DNA of 64,000 nt from the IMG/VR virus record IMGVR_UViG_3300037408_000506. One strand, given 5' to 3'. This stretch comes from a virus. The position numbers were made by a program, and so were the translations under genes. Of this stretch, positions 36,033 through 44,205 are shown one piece after another. The notes beneath the pieces are model-generated. The model worked only from the letters and a program-made list of their open reading frames with translations. It did not search any database and had not been told where the DNA came from. The stretch's first letter is position 1, and each line of letters begins with the position of its first letter.

Positions 36033-36674
36033 ATGGGACGATTGGCGATCCTGTCCGAGGCGATCCAGCAGGTGGCGCGGCCCCCGGCGATCCCGGAGGA
36101 TGCGCCCTATCGGCAGGCGCTGGCGCTCCTGCGGGACGGGCGCATGCCGAATGGGGGCACCTGGCGGGACGGCCCGCCGCCGCTGTTCGTGCGGCTGGGC
36201 GGGGCGGACACCTGCGTGGTGGTGCGCATGGGCCAGGAGGCGGTGGACGATACGCTCGGGCGGGGCACCCGCTACACGGGGCGCTTCGCGGTGCGCCCGG
36301 CGCGGGGCACGAGCGCGGGCGTGAGCATCGATCCGAGCGCGACGGAGGCGTTCATGTCGCAGGCGCTGGCGGCCCCGTGCGACGACCACCTGGCGCTGGA
36401 GCGGCTGGGGGCGGCGATGCGCGTGGTGGCCGAGGAGCGGGAGGAGGCGATACGCGGGGCGATCCGGTCGCTGTTCTGGGAGGACGGGTTGTGGCGCTTC
36501 GTGGGGTGGCCGCAGCGGGATCGCTGGGTGCTGAGCGACCTGTCGGTAGGGCGGATCGACATGGGCGAGGCGCTGGTGGATGAGAATCGCGGCGAGAGCT
36601 GGGTGGCGAAGCGCTGGGAGGCGTGGGTGCCGCTGACGGTAGACATTGAGGCGATGCTACGGAGGCGAGCATGA
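36033..36674 (+). CDS. Hypothetical protein, possible degenerate tag (MGRLAILSEA)
   Basis: AAGGAG SD; 213 aa. Confidence 0.55.
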   Translation: MGRLAILSEAIQQVARPPAIPEDAPYRQALALLRDGRMPNGGTWRDGPPPLFVRLGGADTCVVVRMGQEAVDDTLGRGTRYTGRFAVRPARGTSAGVSIDPSATEAFMSQALAAPCDDHLALERLGAAMRVVAEEREEAIRGAIRSLFWEDGLWRFVGWPQRDRWVLSDLSVGRIDMGEALVDENRGESWVAKRWEAWVPLTVDIEAMLRRRA

Positions 36675-37015
36675 AGAAGCAGGACAAGGCAGCGGGGACG
36701 GCGAGGAGTGGCCAGGACATGCTCCGGAAGGGCCTGGCGACCTGGCTGGCGCGGCACCCGGTGTTTGTGGAGGTGCGAGTGACGGGGGCGGAGCCGGAGG
36801 CGCTGGTGGGGCCCCTGGAGACGGTGGGCGAGCAGATGGACGCGCTGAAGGCGGCGGCGCCCGAGGCGCGGTTCGAGCTGGTGGGGTTCGGGTCGGCGCT
36901 GTCGGCGGAAGAGGCCCCGGAGGGGGACGAGGGCGAGGCCGAGGGTGAGGGCGAGGGCCAGGAGGAGGCCGTGGCGCAGTCGTCGATCTGGGCGGCGCGG
37001 GGCGCAGGGCAATAG
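36671..37015 (+). CDS. Hypothetical protein with acidic tail
   Basis: GGAGG SD; EGDEGEAEGEGEGQEE. Confidence 0.55.
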   Translation: MKKQDKAAGTARSGQDMLRKGLATWLARHPVFVEVRVTGAEPEALVGPLETVGEQMDALKAAAPEARFELVGFGSALSAEEAPEGDEGEAEGEGEGQEEAVAQSSIWAARGAGQ

Positions 37016-37049
37016 GCGAAGGATCAGGTCGCAAACCAAGGAGGCATAG

Positions 37050-37415
37050 ATGCCGCTATCCGTTTCAACGCAGGTCTCCCCAGTCGGGAGCAAGCTGATC
37101 GTGCAGACCAGTGTGGGCGCGACCCCGGACAACAACGTCACGGGCGCAGCGGGCACGCTGTACATGGTGGACGTGGACAACACGGCCAACACGGTGGACC
37201 CGGCGTACCTGAAGGTCTACAGCGACGCTGCGCCGGTCGTGGGGACCACGCCACCGGACCTCGTGTTTTTGGTCGGCGTGAACAAGCGGCGGGCGTTCGT
37301 GGTGCCGGAGGGCTGGGCCTTCACGGCGCTGTCGTTTGCGTGCGTCACGGCGGGCGGCACAGCGGGCGTGACAGCCCCGACGAGCCCGGTCGTGGTAAGG
37401 ATGGTGGCGTCGTGA
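37050..37415 (+). CDS. Putative head decoration-type beta protein
   Basis: AAGTLYMV...AYLKVY...APVVGTTPPD; AAGGAGG SD. Confidence 0.5.
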   Translation: MPLSVSTQVSPVGSKLIVQTSVGATPDNNVTGAAGTLYMVDVDNTANTVDPAYLKVYSDAAPVVGTTPPDLVFLVGVNKRRAFVVPEGWAFTALSFACVTAGGTAGVTAPTSPVVVRMVAS

Positions 37416-37431
37416 CGAAAAGGATAAGCCG

Positions 37432-38286
37432 ATGACCCAGAAGATTCAAATTGGACAAGCGCGAGCCGTCCTCATGCCGAAGGGAATGCAGTGGTTCGGT
37501 ATGCAGCAAGCCATTGAGTACATTCCTGCCGAGCGGGCAGACTTGGAGAAAGAGGCTGAGCAGGTGCGCAAGGAGGTGTATGGCGATCCGCCTTTTGGTG
37601 CGCCATCCAATTTGCGCATTCGCATCCCTCATTTTTCCGCTCCGGCAGACGGGCTGACGGGCGGGAAACGGCGTGTCGGTGAGGTGGCTTTGGCGCACGG
37701 CGGACTTCTGGTTTTATCCCCTGTCGAGGAGTTCTCGCGGAGCAAGCTGGAAGAGATTGCGTATGTGATGAAGCAGGGGAAGGATTCCAACGGACGGCCT
37801 GCACGCTTCGCGGTCCTGCTTGGCGTGCAACCTGAGACGTTGACTCTACCAACGGGTCGGGCTCGGGTAGAGAAGGCATTGGCGCTTTTTGGGACGACGT
37901 TGTCGGAGCAAAACAACAGCAACGGAATGACGACGATGCGTGGTCTGATTCGTCAGTTAGAGGAATCGAGTGTGAAGGACTCCGGTTCCAGTGAGTGGGT
38001 AGCGCAGAATCTGTCGATGTTGGCGGCGAATTTCGCACAGCAGGCCACGGAGACCTATCGAGGGCGAGGGACGGCATATCCGCGTAAGTGGTATGGCAAG
38101 ATGGAGAAGGTGCTAGCGGGCAACGGGTTCGGTCCTTTGAATGCCAAACAGTTGAAGCTGTTCGATGAGGCATACGAGCGGTTCATGGAGGCGTATGCGT
38201 CAGCGGGCGGACAGGATCTCAACGTCATAGAGCGGATTACCAAGGACATCACAAATCGCGCGTTAGCGCTCGTGAGGGCATCATGA
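37432..38286 (+). CDS. Degenerate ComM/YifB (Mg-chelatase-like AAA+) fragment fused to tagged module (tag at 37936)
   Basis: RIPHFSA...GG...GEVALAHGGLLVLSPVEEFSRSKLE...G...PARF matches ComM RxPHHxAS...GG...GEISLAHxGVLFLDExxEF...PARF, but with no Walker A/B. Confidence 0.6.
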   Translation: MTQKIQIGQARAVLMPKGMQWFGMQQAIEYIPAERADLEKEAEQVRKEVYGDPPFGAPSNLRIRIPHFSAPADGLTGGKRRVGEVALAHGGLLVLSPVEEFSRSKLEEIAYVMKQGKDSNGRPARFAVLLGVQPETLTLPTGRARVEKALALFGTTLSEQNNSNGMTTMRGLIRQLEESSVKDSGSSEWVAQNLSMLAANFAQQATETYRGRGTAYPRKWYGKMEKVLAGNGFGPLNAKQLKLFDEAYERFMEAYASAGGQDLNVIERITKDITNRALALVRAS

Positions 38287-38723
38287 CGACAATGCGGATC
38301 TTGATCGAGCGGTTGGAGGAAGGCGCAAGCGCGTGGACGCCTGCCGAAGAGACGGCTTGCTTTAAGCTCGCCAAGCAGCAGATCGCCACGCACGGCTACC
38401 GCTGGAATCCGCGTGTGGATGTCAGCAGCAGTACCGTGGTGGTGGACGCGCTGGTGAAGGGGCTGTTCAACGGGCGCGAGGGCACGCTGGTGATCGAGGT
38501 ATCGCGGGGACGCACGGGGGCCGGATCGCAGATGGAGGCGGGGGCCTCGTTCCAGACGGGCAAGAAGTGGACGGTCGAGGTGGTGGCGTCCAAGCCGATC
38601 CCGCAGACGAAGGAGAAGCAATGGCCACCGGATGCCTTTGCCTTCGGGCTGGAGGCCGGGGACATGCTTGTGCAGATATACGAGATGGCAATCCGCGAGG
38701 GGTTTTCCGAAGGGGCACCCTGA
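38283..38723 (+). CDS. Tagged protein (MTT-MRILIERLEE)
   Basis: N-terminal tag at 38292. Confidence 0.7.
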   Translation: MTTMRILIERLEEGASAWTPAEETACFKLAKQQIATHGYRWNPRVDVSSSTVVVDALVKGLFNGREGTLVIEVSRGRTGAGSQMEAGASFQTGKKWTVEVVASKPIPQTKEKQWPPDAFAFGLEAGDMLVQIYEMAIREGFSEGAP

Positions 38724-38739
38724 TCGGTGGAGATGGGAT

Positions 38740-38755
38740 GCGAACCTGGGTTCGC
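38740..38755. promoter_or_regulatory. 16-bp palindrome copy 7 (reverse orientation)
   Basis: GCGAACCTGGGTTCGC, intergenic. Confidence 0.8.
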
Positions 38756-38767
38756 TAGGAGGACAGG

Positions 38768-39028
38768 ATGACGAAGATGCGGACCTTGATCGAGCAGTTG
38801 GAAGAGGCACGGGAAGAGGGTCTGGGCCACAAACTTCCCGCCTTGGTCAAGGACTTCAGTGTGTCAACCAAGGCACTGGTGGCCTTTCTGGAGTTTGGGC
38901 ATGGCCACAGCGGCGAGTTGGGGCGGGCCTATGATGCCCTGATGAAGGCTGGCCATGAGGTGCAGGGCGCGGCGAAGCGTTTCGACAATGCCTGGGGCGC
39001 GGTGCGTGAGGCAGCAGGAGAACACTAA
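38768..39028 (+). CDS. Tagged small helical protein (MTK-MRTLIEQLEE)
   Basis: AGGAGG SD; tag at 38777. Confidence 0.7.
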   Translation: MTKMRTLIEQLEEAREEGLGHKLPALVKDFSVSTKALVAFLEFGHGHSGELGRAYDALMKAGHEVQGAAKRFDNAWGAVREAAGEH

Positions 39029-39029
39029 T

Positions 39030-39689
39030 ATGACAAAGATGCGGTCATTGATCGAGCGGTTGGATGAGTCGGCAAAGGGCGATGCCAGTCCGTCGTTCGT
39101 GTTGCTCCTGGCGGTGCAGCAGGCGTTGCTGGCGACCTTCACCAAGGAGAAGGGGTGGAAGTTCGACATCGAGGGCGTGCGGACGGGGGGGCGTCCGGGG
39201 CAGATCTCGGACGAGTACACCTTGCATGGCAATGGGCCGAATCGCGCGGCCATCATGGTCTTCTCATCGAACGACAAACAGGAGCACATGGCGATTGCGC
39301 AGGTGCTGGGGACGACGCGGAAGAAGATGGTCTGGGAGGACGTGAAGAAGGGCGATGCGAAGAAGATCGCGGCCTGGGTGCTTCAGACGGCGCAGGCGGA
39401 CAAGCAGTTTGCGGAGTCGGTGCAGGAGGGGGCGTCCCGGGATGACTGGAAGTGGACCGAGGCGCAGATAGCGAGGATCTCGCAAGAGATGAAGGCGCAT
39501 GCCGGGGGCATCGCTCCGGTGGAGATCGAGCAGATCGATCCGGCGAAGGGCCACGATAAGTTCTACGTCTTCTGGGACAAGAGCGACCGTGGCGAGCTGG
39601 CCTCGTACCGGGTCTGGGAGAAGTATGGCGCCAAGAAAAATGGGCGTGGGTATTCGTCCAACCTGAATGTGTTCTACGTGGTCCTGTAG
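39030..39689 (+). CDS. Tagged two-module protein (MTK-MRSLIERLDE)
   Basis: CAGGAG SD; tag at 39039; internal ESVQEG linker. Confidence 0.7.
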   Translation: MTKMRSLIERLDESAKGDASPSFVLLLAVQQALLATFTKEKGWKFDIEGVRTGGRPGQISDEYTLHGNGPNRAAIMVFSSNDKQEHMAIAQVLGTTRKKMVWEDVKKGDAKKIAAWVLQTAQADKQFAESVQEGASRDDWKWTEAQIARISQEMKAHAGGIAPVEIEQIDPAKGHDKFYVFWDKSDRGELASYRVWEKYGAKKNGRGYSSNLNVFYVVL

Positions 39690-39699
39690 GAGCGCTGAC

Positions 39700-40296
39700 A
39701 TGAATGTGACGACCGACTTCGTGGGGCGGCACCTGATCGTGGACGCCTCGACCTACAACCGGCGGAACCTGACGTCCACGGACACCATCTTCTCGCTGTT
39801 CGAGTCCCTGGCCCGCAACCTGGACATGACCCTGATCATCCCGCCCATCGTGTGTCGCTTTCCGTTCGCGAACAGCGAGCTGGAGAACTTCTGCCACAGC
39901 GTGGAGCGCGACCTGGAGACGCAGGTGCCGCAGCCGGACCTGGCCTCGATCCGCACCATGCGGGAGTTCCTGGCGCGGCGGCAGGTGGAGGACAGCGGGG
40001 TCACGGGGATCAGCGTGTGGGCGGAGTCGCACTGCGCGATCCACACCTGGGACGCGGACAACTACTTCGCGTTCGACGCCTTCTCGTGCAAGGACTACGC
40101 GCCCAAGGACGCGCTGCGGCTGCTGTTGAACCACTTCGACGTGGAGATGCTGAACTGCATCAACCTGATCCGGCACCAGCGGAGCGTGCCGACGCTGACG
40201 AACTTCCAGGTGAACACGAACTGGGACGTGCTGGTGCAGGGGGTCAAGATCGGGGAACTCGACACGGTCGACTTCGATAGGATGGTGGCACAATGA
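39700..40296 (+). CDS. speD: S-adenosylmethionine decarboxylase proenzyme
   Basis: GRHLIVD...GVTG...AESHCAIHTW...DAFSCK with the E/S autocleavage site at 40024-40029; AGGAG SD. Confidence 0.85.
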   Translation: MNVTTDFVGRHLIVDASTYNRRNLTSTDTIFSLFESLARNLDMTLIIPPIVCRFPFANSELENFCHSVERDLETQVPQPDLASIRTMREFLARRQVEDSGVTGISVWAESHCAIHTWDADNYFAFDAFSCKDYAPKDALRLLLNHFDVEMLNCINLIRHQRSVPTLTNFQVNTNWDVLVQGVKIGELDTVDFDRMVAQ

Positions 40297-40841
40297 CAAA
40301 CGATAGGTACTATGGTGGGCTCCCGCATTCCTCCAAGACGAGCCAGCGAACGACGGTGAAGGATCTGGCCGATGGGCTGGAGCAGGCGGCGCGGGTCATG
40401 GGCAAGGGCGCGAAGTCGGACGTGACAGCCAACCTAGCCTGGGCGATTCGCAAGGGGGATAAGCGGCATGTGCAGAAGCTGCTGGACAAGCATATTGATG
40501 ACATCATTGGCGGACAGGGGACGGTCAATGAAATCATGCGGTGGCTGAACGGGCAGATCCCAGAAGGCAGGGAGGTGACCATGCGATCTTTGATTCAGCG
40601 GCTGGAAGAGGCGACAGTTCAGCTCAGCAATAGCGCGTGGAAGGCGGCTCATGCGGAGTTGCAGGATCTGTTCACAGACAATGAGGCCGAACGGGTGATC
40701 GGCCTCTATAAGCGATATGCGAAGGACAAGGCTGGCTTTGCCAAGGCGGCTGTGAACGCCGAGATCGGCACTCGTGATCACAAGTTCGTTCATGAGCGCG
40801 ACTGGTTGGACATCTGGGCGTCGCTCGACAAGGTCGCGTGA
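40293..40841 (+). CDS. Tagged two-module protein (internal MRSLIQRLEE at 40581)
   Basis: Internal GGAGGTG SD before the tag. Confidence 0.7.
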   Translation: MTNDRYYGGLPHSSKTSQRTTVKDLADGLEQAARVMGKGAKSDVTANLAWAIRKGDKRHVQKLLDKHIDDIIGGQGTVNEIMRWLNGQIPEGREVTMRSLIQRLEEATVQLSNSAWKAAHAELQDLFTDNEAERVIGLYKRYAKDKAGFAKAAVNAEIGTRDHKFVHERDWLDIWASLDKVA

Positions 40842-40848
40842 GGCGACC

Positions 40849-41517
40849 ATGCGATCTTTGATCCGACAGTTGGAGGAGGCGCGGGCGGCGGGCTGGGTTG
40901 CGGTCCCGGCGGACGATCTGCGACGGCTGACCGACGGCCTGCTGTTCACGCAGCTCGGGAAGAGCAGCGGCGAGGTGGTGCTGCACGCGTACCGGCAGGG
41001 GGCCGCCGTGATCGTGCAGCATGCCGCGTCGCAGGCGAAGCCGATCTGGTCGGTGGTGATCGCGTATCGACCGACGTTGAGCGGCAGTCTGCGGGTGGCG
41101 GCCTTGCGGGTGAGCCCCAAGCGAGCAGAGGCCGAGGCGGCGGCATTGGCGGAGGTCGCCCGGCTGGGGCTGGACGTGGCGCCGGTCCAGATCGCGACGG
41201 TGCGGACCACGGTGGGGCGGGTGGACGAGTGGGCGGAGCTGACGGTGGAGGTGACGGGCACCTGGCCGGACCCGCGCACGCAGGACCGCGCTAAGTTGGG
41301 GCAGATCATTGTGGCGGCGCTGTGGGTGCATCCGGCGTGGCAGCGGGAGGTGGGGCGCCGACGGGGGCAGACCGTGGACGTGGGGTACGTGGGCGACACG
41401 CAGGGGGACGGCGGGCCGACGCGGACGGTGCCGGTGCCGCTGCCGGGAAGCATGCGCGACCTGGAGTTGATGGACGTCGACCAGACCACGGCGCGGTTCG
41501 TGGTCACAGCGCGATGA
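40849..41517 (+). CDS. Tagged protein (MRSLIRQLEE)
   Basis: ATG 40849 after GTGAGG; N-terminal tag. Confidence 0.7.
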   Translation: MRSLIRQLEEARAAGWVAVPADDLRRLTDGLLFTQLGKSSGEVVLHAYRQGAAVIVQHAASQAKPIWSVVIAYRPTLSGSLRVAALRVSPKRAEAEAAALAEVARLGLDVAPVQIATVRTTVGRVDEWAELTVEVTGTWPDPRTQDRAKLGQIIVAALWVHPAWQREVGRRRGQTVDVGYVGDTQGDGGPTRTVPVPLPGSMRDLELMDVDQTTARFVVTAR

Positions 41518-41527
41518 GGAGGCAATC

Positions 41528-42889
41528 GTGAGGAGTCTGATCCGACGCTTGGAAGAGGCGGCTCCGGCTCCTGGGTCCAAGGAGTGGCTGGCAGGGGTCA
41601 AGAAGTGGTGGGGGCAGTGGGTGAAGGATGCCGAGCGCGTTGCCAAGATCCGTGATCCGCAGGATCGTAAAGTTGTTCTTAATTGGTTTACGGATGGGGA
41701 AAACAGGATTCGCCTGCTGATCGACGTGTTGGTGCGTCGCTCTTGGTTGCAGACCGATCCGTCATTGGCGAAGATCACGGTCGGTTCCAAGGAGTACAAA
41801 GACGGAATCGCTCGGATGAAGGTGCCACGCTCGTATACTGTTGATGGCAACAAGGTCCGTCCAGAACCAGGCGAGTTAGTTCATCCTCATTTAGATGCGG
41901 CATTGCGTTCACTTGAGAATGTGATGTCCATGGAACAGTATGGTTGGGAGGATTCGAAGAAACCTGACATGGAACGTCGATGGGGGACGACGAAAGATTT
42001 GGATGCGTGGCAGGTTCGTGTGGAGCTTTTCCCAAATGACATCAAGGGTGTAGACATCGACGTGCAGGCGGCGTTTCGCAAGTATGCGGCGGATGTAAAG
42101 GATACCTCTACACAGGAGCGGATCATCGCTGACTCGATCCCGCTCGACTACGATCTTGGCGGCGTAAAGGTGATCACAGATCCGGGAGCGTTGCATAGCC
42201 TTGGGATGCTGACAGTGCCAGGGGTGGAACTCGGTGCGAGTCGTGTGAGCAATCGCACGATGAACATGATCAAGGATGGCTTAGAGATCGGCTATCGAGT
42301 GTTAAAGCAGCGAGGGTTTGGTAATGTCTGGTACGGGACGATATTCGTTCTCCCACCGTCCAAGGCGATCATGGGAACGACGAACAAGACTGGTAGGAAG
42401 TTCCAGGCGGCTGGTCACTACAACATGAGCGATAGCATTGTTGTGAATCCTGAAGCGAGCTGGAAGGCAGAGAATGTCACTAGGGTTATCGTGCATGAAT
42501 TAGGGCATCGCTACTGGTACAAGCATATGAAGGCGGGGGCGCGAGCACGGTTTGCGGCGTGGTTCGATCCGCGCACCAAGGCAGACCAGGAACGCGAAGG
42601 AGCGAAGTCCGAGTATGTGCCAGCACCGACGGCGTATGGATCAGAGAGTCCGGTCGAGGAGTTTGCAGAGACCTTCGCAGCCTACGTGTTGGGGAAATAC
42701 GAGGGCATAACGCTGACGGGGCCGCAGAAGGCACGGTTCGAGGCATTGGCCCTGGGACGTGCAGCGCAGAGCGAGGACGTGGAAGAGGCGCTGGGCAAGA
42801 CTAGCCATGACGTCGCCGACGCGGCATACTGGCTGCCTGATGGTGTTGTCACCCCGCCGCGAGGCGGTCGAGCAAGGAGTATCCCATGA
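41528..42889 (+). CDS. Tagged zincin-like metallopeptidase (MRSLIRRLEE)
   Basis: VIVHELGH (42494-42508) plus downstream Y...SPVEEFAETFAAY third-ligand motif; GAGGAGG SD, GTG start. Confidence 0.75.
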   Translation: MRSLIRRLEEAAPAPGSKEWLAGVKKWWGQWVKDAERVAKIRDPQDRKVVLNWFTDGENRIRLLIDVLVRRSWLQTDPSLAKITVGSKEYKDGIARMKVPRSYTVDGNKVRPEPGELVHPHLDAALRSLENVMSMEQYGWEDSKKPDMERRWGTTKDLDAWQVRVELFPNDIKGVDIDVQAAFRKYAADVKDTSTQERIIADSIPLDYDLGGVKVITDPGALHSLGMLTVPGVELGASRVSNRTMNMIKDGLEIGYRVLKQRGFGNVWYGTIFVLPPSKAIMGTTNKTGRKFQAAGHYNMSDSIVVNPEASWKAENVTRVIVHELGHRYWYKHMKAGARARFAAWFDPRTKADQEREGAKSEYVPAPTAYGSESPVEEFAETFAAYVLGKYEGITLTGPQKARFEALALGRAAQSEDVEEALGKTSHDVADAAYWLPDGVVTPPRGGRARSIP

Positions 42890-43632
42890 CCGAGCAGTAC
42901 AAGGCGTTGAGCGACGCGGCGGGCCAGAAGGGCTGTGAGGGGTTGGACGTGGGCCAGACGGCGATCTGGTACATGAAGCGGGAGGCGTTCCGGAAGTGGA
43001 ACATGGGGCCGCTCTTTGCGGACGCCCCGCTGCCGACGCCGACGACGACGGACCTGTCGAAGGACCATGTGCTGCTGGGGTGGATCAAGGAGAAGCAGCT
43101 CGGGCCGATCTTCGAGATGTTGCAGGGCGAGATGTGGTCGCCCCAGGGCGAGGCCAACGGCTTCATCCGCAGCAAGGGGACGGCACACACCTCGATGAGC
43201 GTGGGCGACATCATCGTGGTGGGCGGCAAGGGGTGGATGGTGGATGGGTCGGGGTTTGCGGAGCTGCCGAGGGACAAGCGCGAGGCGCAGGAGATGTTCC
43301 AGGCGGCCCAGAAGGAGAGCGCGGCACTGCGGGCCAAGTATCGGAACGAGGACGTGGGCAGCATGCGCGGGCTGCTGCGGTCCCTGGAGGAGGGCAACGT
43401 GGCGGCGTTCGGCTGGTACAAGCCCGCCGAGGTCTACCAGGCGCTGGTGGACGCCTACCTGAAGGTGCATAGCCTGAAGGCGGACTTCGACCGCATGGAG
43501 GAGATCCCGAAGTCGCTGGAGCCCGCCTACGACGCGGTGATGAAGGCGGCGGCGGCGATCCAGGCTGCGCAGAAGGCGGCGGGCGGACTCTCGGATCAGA
43601 TGAAGGCGGCCTATCGGAAAGTGCAGGGGTGA
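42886..43632 (+). CDS. YodL-like domain fused to tagged helical module (tag at 43363)
   Basis: LGPIFEMLQ...HTSMSVGDIIVV...WMVDGSGFAEL resembles the YodL SLSVSDVV...YVDxxGF pattern. Confidence 0.6.
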   Translation: MTEQYKALSDAAGQKGCEGLDVGQTAIWYMKREAFRKWNMGPLFADAPLPTPTTTDLSKDHVLLGWIKEKQLGPIFEMLQGEMWSPQGEANGFIRSKGTAHTSMSVGDIIVVGGKGWMVDGSGFAELPRDKREAQEMFQAAQKESAALRAKYRNEDVGSMRGLLRSLEEGNVAAFGWYKPAEVYQALVDAYLKVHSLKADFDRMEEIPKSLEPAYDAVMKAAAAIQAAQKAAGGLSDQMKAAYRKVQG

Positions 43633-43636
43633 GGTC

Positions 43637-43960
43637 ATGCGCGCACTACTAGAAGCCCTCACGGGGCGCTACACGTTCGTGTTCAAGAAAGTCCACCCGG
43701 AGCGGAGTCATGGAAACAAGAAGCTGATCGCGCATCCCACCAAGCGAGTGAGCGTTGAGATCGAGTATTTCGAGAAGCCGGATCGCTGGAGTGCGACGAT
43801 TTTCGATGATGATGCCGAGGAGGAGTTCAGCCCGGACTACATCGTGGGCGGCCAGACGTTCGCCAAGGGGCTCACGCAGTCCGAGGCGGAAGAGGCGGCG
43901 ATTGAGATCACGTTGAAGTACCTGGGGGACAAACGACGTAAGGGCTGGCGGGAGCCGTAG
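43637..43960 (+). CDS. Hypothetical protein with shortened tag (MRALLEA)
   Basis: GAGG SD; last gene of the tagged run. Confidence 0.6.
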   Translation: MRALLEALTGRYTFVFKKVHPERSHGNKKLIAHPTKRVSVEIEYFEKPDRWSATIFDDDAEEEFSPDYIVGGQTFAKGLTQSEAEEAAIEITLKYLGDKRRKGWREP

Positions 43961-43988
43961 GGGAGGAGAGCGTTCGCCAGCGATCCAT

Positions 43989-44144
43989 TCACAAGCGCAG
44001 GTGTCCCAGATTCCCCGTGAGCAGGAGGATGAGCAGGACGAGCAGGAGGACGCCCAGGGGCGACCAGCCGAGGGCGTGCCCCTGGATCCCGCCGAAGAGG
44101 GCCACGACGATCAGGACGATCAGGACGACGAGCAGTATCGACAT
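43989..44144 (-). CDS. Small two-TM membrane protein (DUF3309-like), missed by the ORF track
   Basis: 51 aa MSILLVVLIVLIVVALFGG...GWSPLGVLLLVLLILLLTGNLGHLRL; GAAAGGAG SD. Confidence 0.7.
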   Translation of the reverse strand: MSILLVVLIVLIVVALFGGIQGHALGWSPLGVLLLVLLILLLTGNLGHLRL

Positions 44145-44173
44145 GCTGTGCTCCTTTCAACCTGCTTTGTAAC

Positions 44174-44182
44174 AGTGTAGCA
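44174..44182 (-). promoter_or_regulatory. Extended -10 promoter element for 43989..44144
   Basis: Minus strand TGC-TACACT, 30 nt upstream of the ATG and adjacent to palindrome copy 8. Confidence 0.45.
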
Positions 44183-44183
44183 C

Positions 44184-44199
44184 GCGAACCCGGGTTCGT
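44184..44199. promoter_or_regulatory. 16-bp palindrome copy 8 (variant)
   Basis: GCGAACCCGGGTTCGT. Confidence 0.7.
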
Positions 44200-44205
44200 G
44201 GGGGA

